A stretch of DNA of 64,000 nt from Eledone cirrhosa (lineage: Eukaryota): NCBI GenBank assembly GCA_964016885.1, contig OZ024749.1:27714001-27778000 (forward strand), given 5' to 3'. Shown one piece after another: positions 28,101-43,191 of the stretch (position 1 is the stretch's first letter; each line of letters begins with the position of its first letter). Under the pieces are notes generated by a model, which was not told the DNA's origin, did not search any database, and saw only the letters and a program-made list of their open reading frames with translations. The position numbers and the translations under genes are program-made.

Positions 28101-31100
28101 ACGACTCTACCTGGAGTGGCTCTCTGATTCGTAATCAAGAAAGGTAAACAAACAAATCTCATCCCCCCAAAGGCAAAACTTCTTACCCTCAATGGAATAG
28201 CTCCATCATCATCCGAATCCTTCAATTCTATACAACATGCTATATTTCTGGCCTGGAATAGAAAACATGGACATGGTTTATTATGTTGTTGTTGAGAAGC
28301 CCCTGTTAAACGCTTCCCTGCCCCACACCTTGTCATATTTATGGCACAGCGGTAGTCATTGTAACAGTTTAGAAGGAGCCTATAATCTTAACACTTTTCC
28401 AACCATATTTCTAATGAAATACAGTCTATGTTAATTGATTAACCCTTTAGCATTTAAACCGCCCATATCCAGCCAGAATTCTCTCACCTCTTTGTCTTGA
28501 AACCAGCTGTAATCAGCTGCTCAAAGTGATGTTAATGTATTGTTCTTAAAATAAAGCATATCAAAATCTCGTAGATTCAATATTATGTGAGATAATTATG
28601 TAAGGTAAAACCTTTATTGTGAAAATATAATAGTAAATATAGAGTAATGTAAATAAAACATTTTGAGTGATTTACTATAATTAATAATTACTTCATTACT
28701 AAGATAGTAACTTAACATATAGTCCCTAGAGAAAATTATGTTAGAAAATTTAGATTTAAATGGGAACACGTTAACCATTTCATGACAGTATTTTTAATGA
28801 TATACACACAATCTTAATTAATTAATGCAGAATTTGGATGGGTTTTACTGGAAGTTAGAAAAAAACACAGACAGTTTATCTAACCAAAACTCCAGGACTT
28901 ACAAATATGTACAAGATACAGAAAATTACGCTACTAGATACTTGCACATACCCAATACACACAAAGCTGTGCACCGTAATGCAGTGAAAATAAGACAAAT
29001 GATAATAATAATAATAAAGAAGTGACCAACCTTTGTAAAAGTCTTTTGGCAATCGTATTTAAGGCTGATTGGGTAGACAAAAAGTAAGTTTTGGTAGTTA
29101 GTAAATGGAGAGCTTAATGCTTTATCTTCTTGGAATTCTTCAATTTCAATGTGTATGTTACCAACTGGAGGTTCTGGGAATGGTTGCAGAGGGAGCAAAG
29201 AAGGACTTACACAATCTGAAATATAAACATTAAAATCCTCACCATCGTTATCAGAATTAGCATCATCGTCACTATTTAACATCCATTTTTCCATGCTAGC
29301 ATAGGTTAGATAAGTTGTCCTGACATTGTGAGACAAATCAGATCAGGTGACCAAGTCTTGCTCATACAGAACTGTTTCTGGCTTGCTTTCTATGACTAGA
29401 TACCCTTCCTACTGCCAACGACAATTACAATGTGGACTCTGGGTGCTTTTTATCATGGCATGAAAATGATTAACTGACAGGTTGGACTGGATACATTTTC
29501 ATTGTGTCACCAGCATGATCACCTTACAGGGTGGACCAAGTGTCATCTCACCAATATGACATTGTTATGTGTGTTTTTTTTTCTTCATGTTGGTATGCGC
29601 TGGACAAGATATTTTGGGGCAGTTTTCTACAGTCTCATACCCGATCTTCATGCTAATTCTTGTATATTTTTCTATTTTTAACCCTTTTGTGACTGTATTT
29701 CTAATGAAATATGCTATTGCAGTTAATTAATGAAGAATTTTAAGGGATTTACTGACATGATATCTACTTACATTTTCACTAGAAAAAGACTTTTGGATTC
29801 TGGAATTTCAGATAAATAAAGGATTCTTAACATATATCTAGTTAAAACAGATGATGCTGATGATATATGGTGTTTTTTATTTTTTATTTAACAGTAAAAA
29901 AATAACCAAATACTTCTACTTACTTGGAACTGGACTCTCTATTGGTTCTATAAGAATCTTCAAATGTCCTGGAATTACCTGCCATTTACTCTGTTTTTCA
30001 GGTCTGTAAACAAAAACATTAAAATACAACTAAGTAATGGAACTATATATATATATATGAAAAGTAAACAGAAATAACAAACAAACATCACAGTACAATG
30101 AAAAAATATATTAGTTTAAGGAAAAGAGTCTAATGTTTTGGACACTAGTCCTTCATCGGAAGATAGAATGAGAAATAAAAGATGAAATAGAAAGATAGAG
30201 AGATGTGATCTGTCAGTCATTTTGGAGAAAAAAAAAGAATATATATATACACACACACATATACACACACATACACAGCTATACCTCACCTTACATAGTT
30301 AATTGGTTTCAGAAGTCAAAACTTAACCCTTTAGCATTTACATTACTCTATATTTACTATTGTATTTTCACAGTAAAGGCTTTATCTCACATAATTACCT
30401 CACATAATATCAAATCTATGAGATTTTGATATTATTTATTTTGAGAACAATACCATAATGTAGGTATGAGAGGCAGGTTAAGTCAAAATGCAACCACTAA
30501 TAGTCTTTAATTATTTTATGCGTATATTTAAGTATTTATTTAAATGTCATTTTATATGTTTTTATTGTTTTTTAGTGTTTTCTTTTATAGTTCAATATTT
30601 TTGTCAGACCAACGTAAGGTTGAGTCAATTGACACATGAGGTTTATTTTTGCCATAAAGAAAAACTGCCATAACATCGAAAATGATGAAACTTGAAACAA
30701 CGTAAGCTGAGGTATACCTATATCAAGTAAATATGTTTTGAAACAGCGAGCGAGTTTGAAATTAGAAATAGAAGTTTTCGCCGTATTTTTTGACTAAAGA
30801 ATTTTTTTTAGCCTGATAGTGGGGTTTAGAACCTTCGAAGAAATGGAAAAAGATACGTCAATCTCATCTTTTTCCATTTTTTAGAGGGTTCTAAATTCTA
30901 CTATCAGGCTAAAAAAATTTCTTTAGTCAAAAAATACGGTGAAACCTTCTCTCTATATATATACACACACACCGACCTTACCCAATTACACCTCTCAAAG
31001 GCAATGACACACGACCGTGACCTCTGGCGTCACGCAGTAATACAGAGTACCCGACCCACCATGGGTACAAGCTGAAGCATATAGACAATATGCCCCCACC

Positions 31101-32373
31101 ACAAGGTGGTCGTGGAGGTGCCACGGCAAAAAAGCACCCAGCCCACACTGTAAAGTGGATGTGTAGGCGCCACGAAAAAGCACCCAGCACTCACTGTAAA
31201 TGAGGTTGGTGTTAGGAAGGGCATCCAGCTCTAGAAATCAAGCCAAATCAGTTCCTGTATGAGCAAGGCATGGTCAGCCGACCAGACACTGCCCACAACA
31301 GGACAACCCGTCTAACCCATGCTAGCGTGGAAGAATGGACGTAAAACGGTGATGATGATGATGACACATAGATAATAAACAGACATACACACACACATGG
31401 ATAATAATCACATACACACAAACGCATTAATGGTACACTGTAATGGTGATGATGATGGTTAAGAAGATGGTTACCGTCTCATTTCTTGAAGTCTTTTAAT
31501 AATTTCTTCTTCAGAGAGTTTGGAACTCTCCTGTCTGTAAAGTACCATTTTAGCATCACTATTTGTTTGGGAAGACACACACCTGTGGAGAGAGATAAAT
31601 AAATAGATAGATATATAGTATTGAGTTGTCAATGGTTTCTGATTTAGGCACAAGGCCAACAATTTTGGGGGAGAGGAAAGTTGATCAAATCGACCCCAGT
31701 GTGTTACTGGTACTATATTTTATCGATCTCGTAAGTATGAAAGGCAAAGCTAATTTAAAATCACAAAGTAATGGCTCGTAACTATATGTCGTAAAGCATG
31801 TTGTGCGACACTCTACCAATTACTACTGTATTGAGTCATAATAATCTCATTATCTCTATTTACTAAACATAGAGGACCCTTCAGATATGACAACCTCCCT
31901 ACTGCTGGTGCCATGAAAAATAAACCCAGTATATTCTGTAAGGTGGTTGGTGATAGGAAGGGAATCCAGCAATAGGGTCAAGAGGACTCTGTAGTTTTAT
32001 GAAGGGCACATCAACCCTTCTAGTTTTGGAGAGATAACAATACACACCCAGTACACTGAAAAGTTGTTGGTGATAGGAAGGTCATCAAGCCATAGAAAAG
32101 TTGCCAAACAAAGGGTCAAGAGGACTCTTCAGTTGTGTCAGAGACATGACAACTTCCCTAGCACTGGTGTTGTGGTTGAATGCAATCTGGTGTACTGCAT
32201 AAAGTATGGGAAACATATGTAAGCATGATGCAAGCCCTCTGCCTGTCTGCGAGGTCAGGAGCTGCGATTAAGTATGGGCTTGGTCTGTGACAGTGTGACA
32301 ACCTGTCCAACTGTTGCTGACAGGGGAAAGCTGATGTTAAATGAGGATAATGACGATGATGATGACGTTGACA

Positions 32374-32405
<32 letters not shown>

Positions 32406-34470
32406 GGCAAAAGACATAAATATAAAGAATACAAAGAATTTTCTTAGCAACAACTTACTTGGCAGTCCAGGCAAATGGCATTCGGTGATGTCCGATCCTG
32501 GAACAGAACAGTTTCATCTGTCGGTGTATTTTGGTTCCTACTTTGGTGTCTGTTGACTTCATGTAAGGCTCTGTACAGTGAGATACACTACCTTGTAAAA
32601 CTTTCTCTATTTTGGCATATAGGTAGATGTTGGATTGGTGCCCAGTCACAGAAAATACGGCCTGTTTAACGAGATGACAAAATTAACGAGAATGAAATTA
32701 ATGAGATTTATTAACTTTTTATCCTTAACAAAACATCTGACAATAGTTACGGTCTTTTGGGCTTTTTGTGGGGGTTTTTGGTGTTTTTCATTCTTCCATG
32801 TTTGTCTGTGATGGTGTGAAACTAAACAATGGATTAAGTCTACAACAAAAGTACCACCATAACAGGATTTGAACTCAAGGCTGGAATAAATGTCAAAAGG
32901 ATTCTCGTCTGATGCTTCAGTAATTCTGCCAATCTACAGCCCAATTGTTAGTGAAACTACATAGTACAAGGGTCCCAATAATCAGTCAGATTTCATATTA
33001 CAAGGGTCCCATTTTTCAGACTTCACAAGAGATCCAACTGTCAGACTACATATTACAAGGGCCCCAACTGTCAGACTACATATTACAAGGGATCCAATTG
33101 TCAGTTAAACTTCAATTTGCAAAGGTCCCAAGTATCAGTTAAATGTCATTATGAGGGACCTCAACTGTCAGTTAGACTCCATATTTCTAAGGTCCTCAAT
33201 TGTTAGTCAGACTACATATTACAAGGAACCTTAATTGTTGTTTTATCAGAGATACTTACTCGTCTTTCCTTCGAATAGAACCACTTTTCATCAAATTTAT
33301 ATAACTCCGGCGTCGTGTTCTTCACACCGTCTACTGTGTGTAGTCTGTCAGAGGCGTGTAACAACTCTGGTGGGATCATTGAACGAATATACATACTGTT
33401 CGGGTCAACATAAAAGTCTTCTGTGATTTTTTTCCCCGCTTTGGCATCGTAGAGAGCAAAAGATATGAAAAATGGTTCCGGCTGAAATAAGACAGATAGG
33501 GAGACATGGAGTTGACATAGAGGAGAAAATGGAACATGAAGATAAGGAGGAGGGGTATTATACATGAAATATAACTGGTAGGGTAATATACATGAAATAT
33601 AACTGGTAGGGTAATATACATGAAATATAACAGGTGGGGTTATATACAGGAAACAAGAAAGGGTAACAAATAAACAAGAAGACAGGAGAGAATGGAACAT
33701 GAAGATAAGAAAGAGAACGGGTTATATACATGAAATATAACAGGAAGGAAAATATACATGGAACAAGAAAATGGAACATGAAATAAGATATAGAAGGGGT
33801 AATATACATGAAACAAGATGGGAACAAATAGACGAAGATGGGGGAGGAAATGGAACATGAAATAAGACATGAAATAATACATGAAATAATACATAAAATA
33901 TAAGAGGAGTAAGAATATACATGAAACAAGACAGGGAAGAAAATGGAATATACATATATATTATCTATGTTTACACACAAACACACACATACTTTATTTT
34001 TATTGACCGCGAAAGAATAAAATGTAAAATTGGCCTCAACAGGATTTGAACTCAGAACACATTGAGCCGGAACAAATGCTGAGGAATTTAATCCAATGCC
34101 CTAATGACTTTGCCAATTCACTGTTGAGCAAATATCAAAACTGGGTTAAATCTTGCAGGCTGTGAGAATAAAACCTTTACATTAATGCCTTTATTAGCTG
34201 AAGTGTTCAGAGAATGTTAAAATAAACCCACACACAACAACATAATATTACCACAACTGGTGTAGACATCTTGCCTGCAAGCTATTGCATAGATTTTTAG
34301 AGTTGATGTAAACATCATGTACCACCACATTGCTCCCACCACCTAACGAGCATATCATCATCATCATCATCATAGTCATTCAATAAATAAATAAATATAT
34401 ATATATATATATATGTATATAGGTACTTATATATATGTATGTATGTATATAAGTATGTATATATGTATGT

Positions 34471-34502
<32 letters not shown>

Positions 34503-35346
34503 TATGCAGATCTCTTCATACCATACCTTCACATCTCTATATCCACCTCTCTCCCTCTAGGTATCTACATATATCTCTCTCACTCACTCAATCTATTTAA
34601 TCCCCCCCCCCCCCACACACACACACCTACACCAACAGAAATTATCTCTGCCCTACAGGGTAACACTTTCCCCCACAAAATGTGTGATTGCATATATATA
34701 TATCCCGTCCAAACCCATGCAAGCGTGGAACATGGACGTTAAACGATGATGATGATGATAAATATATATACACTTACAATACAAGTGTATATGTATAGAT
34801 GTATGTAGGTGTATACAACAGCAACAAGAAATCAGTTTAAACCATGTCTATTCAACAAGTTAATCTGAATGTTGTGTAACACCTCCAGGACAGGACATAC
34901 TGATACTACAACAATATCAAAACTACCAGTAAAAACAACAGAGCTGTGTTCAGTAATGCAGTGACAGCACACAAAAATATCGTTAATAATAATAAGGATT
35001 TCTACTACAGGCACAAGGCCAACAATTTTGGGAAAAGGGAAAGTCGATTAAATTGACCCCAGTGCATTACTGGTACTTTATTTTATCGACCCCGTAAGGA
35101 TGAAAGGCAAAGCTAACCTCGGCGGGATTTGAAATCAGACCGTAAAGGGCTGTAATTCTATGCCTCAAAGCATTATGCCCGATGCTCTACCAATACTGTC
35201 AATCCATCACCTTAATAATAATGATAATTTCTTTCATTGACCACAAAGGCCCAGGACATTGAGGACAGTACAAGGACAAAAGCAACACTACACAGAAAGG
35301 GGACATCACTGAAGTAGGAATAATAATAGAAATTCTAATAATAAAT

Positions 35347-35391
<45 letters not shown>

Positions 35392-35772
35392 ACTCACATT
35401 CTGTAGATTCTCTATACACTCATCATCAGAAACATTGGCCTGTAACTTCAGTTGAAATTCTTGGAGTCTTAAAAGGAATCGGTCTCCAAGAGCTTTAGGA
35501 AAGACATCAATAACATCTTTGTTGGTATAAACCTCTTCTTCCTCTCGACCATATCCAAATCTCTGCAAATATAGAAGAACAATGACATAAATATTAAAAT
35601 ATATTGGTTCTTATATGATATGATTAGTAAAACACACACCTTCTAAAACCATATTATCTGGTTCATGACAAACCACAAACTACTACGCCACCATATAAAA
35701 ATTCTCTGTTGAAGCTTTCTAAACAACTTCCCTGCTTTGTGTAAACCTCATAGCTATGTTTAAGAAACTAAA

Positions 35773-35819
<47 letters not shown>

Positions 35820-36141
35820 AAGCAGACTTTGTTTATAAACGACTAGTGAATTTGAAAATTAAGTTGTAACATGTGCATATGTCGCATTTTACTAAATAGA
35901 ATTAGTGTATTAGTTGGGATTTTAAAAGACCCTCTGAATGGAAAAAAGGATGAGTATTGATGCACATGGGATTCGAACCTACATCTTTGGTTTGCCGGGC
36001 CAATGTGATACCATTACACCAACACACCAAAGAAGCTTTATAACCATAGCAGGTATATATATATGTAAATAAATAGGGAGACACAAAGCAGGATTTGTTT
36101 ACAAATGGCTAACGAATTTGAAAATTAGGTAGTAACATGTG

Positions 36142-36181
<40 letters not shown>

Positions 36182-36577
36182 TTCTATTTAAATTGTTGGG
36201 ATACAACAAGCAAATATTTTTATAACTGATATAAAGCACTCAACAAATTATTGGAGTAAAAATACGATATATTAACAAATGGAAACTATATTTATAAAAC
36301 CATATTTATTTCATTATACATATTTCAAGGACACCAAGTTAAATTATGGTGTGCTTTCATCAGATAAAATATAATATAGAGCAGTTTTATAACTATCCGG
36401 GAGCTTCCAACAGAAATGGTCGCATTCTTTAAGGGTATGTCAATATTTATTTATAAAACTGCTCTATATTATATTTTATCTGATGAAAGCACACCATAAT
36501 TTAACTTGGTGTCCTTGAAATATGTATAATGAAATAAATATGGTTTTATAAATATAGTTTCCATTTGTTAATATATC

Positions 36578-36613
<36 letters not shown>

Positions 36614-37440
36614 GACGTAAAATAAGAAAATTTAAAAAATTAAAAATTAACTTACTAAAATGTTCACTCCAATTGCGTTACGTAACTATATTTATTCCCT
36701 TACAGAAACTAATTAGTTGGAGTGAAAATTTTAGTAAGTAAGTTAATTTTTAATATTTTCTTATTTTACGTCTTTCATATAATTGTTCTGCATCCCCCTG
36801 CATAGAACCACAAAGGTACTAAGACATAAGATATATATTTGCTAGCATGGGTATACATCTGTATACATATGTTGGTAGATATACTAATTCTCTATATTTA
36901 TCTCCAAATTATTTGTTGAGCAAAACTTGCCAAAATTTACTGCTATGGTTCATGGTAGTAGTTAGGCTCTTGTCGTAATACCACCCCACTCCTCATTGAT
37001 TAACCTCAGTGTCACGTGATTGATTCTTTAGAATTTGCCACTGATCAAGTAGGCAGTGAATTTTTTCAGTGCCCTGGAATTTAGTCCCCACTAGCTTTAT
37101 TCCATCCACTGAATTATTATTTTTATATGGGTTCCTAGTGTCCGCGCATTGCCTGGGAACTTAGCTGAGAATAGACTCCCTGATGACGTAAGGACTTCTC
37201 TATAGTTGCATTACGTAACTATATTTATTCCCTTACAGAAACTAATTAGTTGGAGTGAAAATTTTAGTAAGTAAGTTAATTTTAGTAAGTAAGTTAATTT
37301 TTAATTTTTAAAATTTTCTTATTTTACGTCTTTCATATAATTGTTCTGCACCCCCCCTGCATAGAACCACAAAGGTACTAAGACATAACATATATATTTG
37401 CTAGCATGGGTATACATCTGTATACATATGTTGGTAGATA

Positions 37441-37502
<62 letters not shown>

Positions 37503-39706
37503 CAAAGGTAAACAATATATAGCTCAATTTGTATGTGGAGAATTACCTATGATAGTATATAGTTGCCAAATAGAATTAGCTCAATGTGTTTATATATATA
37601 TAGGAGGCACGTGGCTTAGTGATTAGAGCATTGGCCTTGCAATCGAAAGGATGGGAGTTCAATTCTCAGACTGGGCGATGTGTTGTTTCCTTGAGCAAGG
37701 TACTTTATTTCACATTGCTCCAGTTTACTCAACTGTAGAAATGAGATGATAGGGACTGGGGTCCCTATCATTCCACTGCAAAGTGGTCGTGGAGGTGCCA
37801 CAGCAAAAAAGCACCCAGCACTCACTGTAAATGAGGTTGGTGTTAGGAAGGGCATCCAGCTGTAGAAATCAAGCCAGAATCAGTTCCCATCCCACCCTTG
37901 CAAGCAGGGAAAAGTGGACGTAAAATGAAATGATGATATATATATATATATATATTGAAGACCATAAAGGCAGGTCTCGAAGAATGTGTGAACTAGATCT
38001 CATCCATGATTAATAAAAATACACCTTTCAAAACCATATTATGAGGTATATGACAAACTATTCGACTTTATAAAACATTGTGGATCTACTAGAAGCTGCT
38101 AAACTAGCGCCTCATATAATATATATCATCAAAAGAAAAGCCCTGAAGTTCTTTGGTCATATAAAAACATTCACAAAAAAATATTTCTAAAATATGTATG
38201 GAGGGTATAATTCAGGGTAAAAGAAAGAGATAGATCAAGAGATAGGTCACTTGGGCAGAAATAGTGGAAATCTGATCCCAGAATGTAGAATCTGATGTCA
38301 CAAAGGAGATGACAAAATAATATAACATGTGGCATGGCATAGTGGTTGAGAGGACCTGACCTGTCCAGTAATGTAAAATGATGATAACCAAAGGAGAGAA
38401 AACATATTTATCAATAAAAGATTGAAACAAAATCAGATATATCGAGACATGGGTGGAGATGGTGAGAGCTGGTCTCAGATTGCTGAAGCTCACAGAGGAG
38501 ATGACAAAGGACCGTGATGAATGGAGAGATGCTGTGCTGAAGAGGACCCATCCCACCCTGCAAGCAGGGAAAAGCGGACATAAAATGATGATGATGATAA
38601 TGATTGCTGGTGATTCAACCCACTTCCCACTTATAACACTGGTACACTGGTATTTATATAGCCAGCCAGACTGTTTGAAGTGGTGTTGAACACAATAAGA
38701 CTAAATGTTAAAACAAAATAATAATTCCACAGACAATTCCATCTTCCAGCTGACCTTTTGAAAACAAGTAAACAAACAATAAATAAATAAACAAATAAAT
38801 AAATAAACAAATAAATATAGAATGAATAAAACAAATGAATAAATAAATAAACAAATAAATATATAATGAATAAAAAAAAAATAGATAAAAACAAATAAAT
38901 AAATAAAAATAAATAAACAAAAAATAAATAAACAAATAAACGAAATAAACACACAACAATAACGACAAAAAACAACAAAAAATACAAACAAAGAAAAACC
39001 ACAATTGAAGCAGCTCTGGGGTGGTTTTTTTTTTTTTTTGAAAAATCAAAACAAAGTTTAAAGCCAGAAAAATATTTTCAGTTGAACTTTATAAAAGACA
39101 CTTTAAAGAAATGTTAATAATCCAACATTTGTTGTTTTGTTTTACTTGTTTTTCTTTGGCTTTTATTTGTTTTGTTGTTTGTTTTTGTTATTCTTTTGTT
39201 TTTCAGAAGACATTTCGAAATTTCAAACCCTGTTGCTTCTTCAGAAGACAGTTACAGTGGAATTGAGAAGAAAGGAGAGAGAGTGGGGAAGAAGGATTTA
39301 CATCTTCAAAGTGAAATGAAGATATGTCTTGTCAGATTAAAGTTGGTTGTTTTCAACTCACTTTAATTATAGAATCAAACAAAGAAATATCAAATATATT
39401 ATTTTTATGTTGTTATTGTTGTGGTTGTTGTTTTAAAAGATTACAATTATTGGATGATATATATTGTCTGTATCATCATCATCATCATCATCATCACTAA
39501 CATCACTGTCATCATCAGCATTGTCATAACTATCATCACCACTATTGTCATCAACATTATCGTCATCGTCATCACCACTATTATCATCATAGTGATCATA
39601 TCATCGTCATCACTAACACCACCATCATAAGCATCATCACTACTAATACCATTATCATCATCACCACTAATACAAGAGTGCGTCACATTATGTGAGCATA
39701 TGTAAT

Positions 39707-39740
<34 letters not shown>

Positions 39741-42700
39741 CGATATTAACAAATGGAAACGATATTTATAAAACCATATTTATTTCATTATACATATTTC
39801 AAGTTAAGTTATGGTGTGCTTTCATCAGATAAAATATAATATAGATCAGTTTTATAAATAAATATTGACATACCCTTAAAGAATGCAACCATTACTGTTG
39901 GAAGCTCCCGGATAGTGGAGTTGTAGCTTAATTATATTATTAGTATTGGATAAGCCATTGGGTTATGGAGAAAGATAGAGAAGGAAAGAGAGGGAAATAT
40001 AGAGAGAGAGAGGAGACAGAGAAAAGGAGAGAGAACGAAAACCTCTAAGTCATATCTTGTTGAGTTAACTTAACAATTGAGATGAAATGAATAAATAAAA
40101 TTAGAAATGTTAATAAAATTAGAAATGTTAATAATCATGAATGGAATATACATATATAATATGAGAAATTTAACCATTGTTTAAATATGATTAGATGTTT
40201 AGTTAATCAGTTAAATATTGAGATCAATATATAAAAAAATTGGGATCTATATATTAAGAAAACCATATATTATTAAAGATCTAAATATTATATAACACAT
40301 ATACACACGCAAAAATACATACATATAAATATATATACACACTTATAAAATACATATATATATCTAACTACGTATATAATATATACATACAAAACATAAA
40401 GGATTCTTTAATTTAATTTAAGATATAGGAATCTTATAAACTGTTATAATTGTTAAGATATTAAACAAAATTTATCAAATTGGATATTGCTTGGGTTATT
40501 AGTGGTATTTTGGTTAGGTTTTAAATTTCTATTATTAATTCTATTAATATTTTGCGCTAAATTTTTGGTGGAAGAATAAGTTAATTTTATAGTATGTCTA
40601 TTAAAAATTGAGTAATATCTATGTGTTCTAGGGAAGCATTTGTCAAGAGCTTTAAAGAATAGTTTAGCAATAGGGGTTTTAATATTTAATGAGAAAGGAG
40701 GAGCGAACCATAATATGTTCCTAGTTCTATTTCTTTTACTGCTTTCGGAATTAATGTAAGGTTTTCTATTATAGTTGTTAAAATTGTTACCATAGTTAAA
40801 ATTGTTACGATTATGGTTGGTTGTTATATTATTAATATAATAATAATATAACAACCAACCATAATAACCCAAGCAATATCCAATTTGATAAATGTAACTG
40901 TAGAAATAAATCTAACTGTCCGTTAAATAACAATTGCTTAGCTAAAAATATAGTATATAATTGTAATGTAAAAACTAATTTAAATTCATTTAATTATGTG
41001 GGATCCACTTCCACAGAGTTTAAATCCCGCTTCAATAATCATAAAAATTCTTTTACAGATCCAAACAAAAAATCTTCAACTTCTCTATCTAGCCTATTAT
41101 GGGATCTCAAACTAAAGAACGTTGAATATTCGTTGATTTGGAATATTTTTTCAAAAGCTACTCCTTTTAACTCCTCTTCAGAAAATTATAATCTTTGTAT
41201 AGAGGAAATATTCTTTATATTAAAGACCAAAAATTCCCTGAACTTAATAAATAATTTATTCAGTTGCTGTAGACAGATTAAACTCAACGTTTAAATATAA
41301 ATTTAAAATGTAATATATAATTAATTAATTAATTTTATTAATATATTGAACCTGTCGATAAATCATTAGATTCCTTCATCTTTTTTGACTGATTATACAC
41401 TCAAGTAAAAATAACTTTTCTTCCTAAATATAAATAAATAAAAATAAACTATTCTAGAGAAATATACTGAGAGCTCTTGAAAGGAGAAAATATTTCTTAT
41501 ATTTTTATTGTTATTGTCTGATAGCTGCTTCTATTTTCGAAAGTTTATCCTTTCAAAGTTTCTGTTTGTTTCTCTTATGGATATAATATTAAGTTAAATA
41601 TAAGTAGAAAATTTCTATACTAAATCTATTAAACATACTATTATTTTGAAATTATAACTTTTATAATGAAATTATAATATTTTAAAATTATATTGTTTTT
41701 AAAGTTATATTGTTTATAATTATATTTCCAAATCGTAATATAATTCTTTTGTATTTTAGGTACTCAATTATACTATGTACTGTATTTATATATACTTCTC
41801 TCTATATGTGTGTATTGACATACATGTACATATGTTTTATGCATATATGTCTATCTGTGTGTGTATATATATACGTGCTGCGTATCTACCTATTTGTGAG
41901 GGTACATGTATGTATGTATATGTGGGAATTGTGTATGTACATGTGCATGTATATCCATACAATTCGATTGCACTTATGTATAGTGATTATCCCAAGATTC
42001 GTGACAGATATACATATAATAACAGCCATAAATACATAACAGGTAATCTTATAAAACTTATATAAAAAAATTTTGTTTAATATCTTAACAATTCTAACAG
42101 TTTATAAGATTCCTATATCTTAAATTAAATTAAAGAATCCTTTATGTTTTGTATGTATATATTATATACGTAGTTAGATATATATATGTATTTTTGCGTG
42201 TGTATACATGTTATATAATATTTAGATCTTTAATAATATATGGATTTCTTAATATATAGATCCCAATTTTTTTATATATTGATCTCAATATTTAACTGAT
42301 TAACTAAACATCTAATCATATTTAAACAATGGTTAAATTTCTCATATTATATATGTATATTCCATTCATGATTATTAACATTTCTAATTTTATTTATTCA
42401 TTTCATCTCAATTGTTAAGTTAACTCAACAAGATATGACTTAGAGGTTTTCGTTCTCTCTCATTTTCTCTGTCTCCTCTCTCTCTCTATGTTGTTCTGTT
42501 CTTTCTCTCTTTCCTTCTCTATCTTTCTCCGTAACCCAATGGCTTATCCAATACTAATAATATAATTAAGCTACAACTCCACTATCCGGGAGCTTCCAAC
42601 AGTAATGGTTGCATTCTTTAAGGGTATGTCAATATTTATTTATAAAACTGATCTATATTATATTTTATCTGATGAAAGCACACCATAACTTAATTTGGTG

Positions 42701-42848
42701 TCCTTGAAATATGTATAATGAAATAAATATGGTTTTATAAATATAGTTTCCATTTGTTAATATCGTATTTTTACTCCAAATATTTGTTGAGTGCTTTATA
42801 TCAGTTATAAAAATATTTGCTTGTTGTATCCCAACAATTTAAATAGAA

Positions 42849-42884
<36 letters not shown>

Positions 42885-43160
42885 CATACACACACACACA
42901 TATATCGACAGTCAATCGACAAGATCCCAGACCTCATTCACTTAATGAGTGGGGTTGACTGAAGAAACAATCTTTCCATTGGACTTTCCAATTGCTAATA
43001 CTGTCTGTCGGTTGAAAATCCAAGCAGAAGGAGCAATATGAAATAAAGTGTCTTGCTCAAGGACATAACGCACCGCCCGGTCTGGGAACCAAAATCTCAA
43101 CCTCACGATTGCGAATCCAGTTCTCTAACCACTCACACGCGCGTGTGCGTGCGTGTGGTG

Positions 43161-43191
<31 letters not shown>

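Larger units (their letters stand above)
39741..42851. mobile_element. Penelope-like element as a ~3.1-kb head-to-head palindrome (left arm minus, right arm plus)
   Basis: Arms 39741-40473 and ~42068-42765 are reverse complements; inversion centre ~40835; linker ORF ([11 protein letters not shown]...[12 protein letters not shown]) on the left, GIY-YIG ORF on the right; hammerheads at both outer ends. Confidence 0.85.

Noticed and set aside
39208-39366. Plus-strand exon-like segment after a T-rich acceptor (possible nested antisense gene); a similar minus-strand acceptor lies near 38755
   Set aside because: No recognisable protein, partner exons or good donor; the T-rich tracts are explained by low-complexity sequence.
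41465-41500. CTGAGAG...GAAA motif downstream of the GIY-YIG ORF
   Set aside because: Core is one nucleotide short and stem I is weak.
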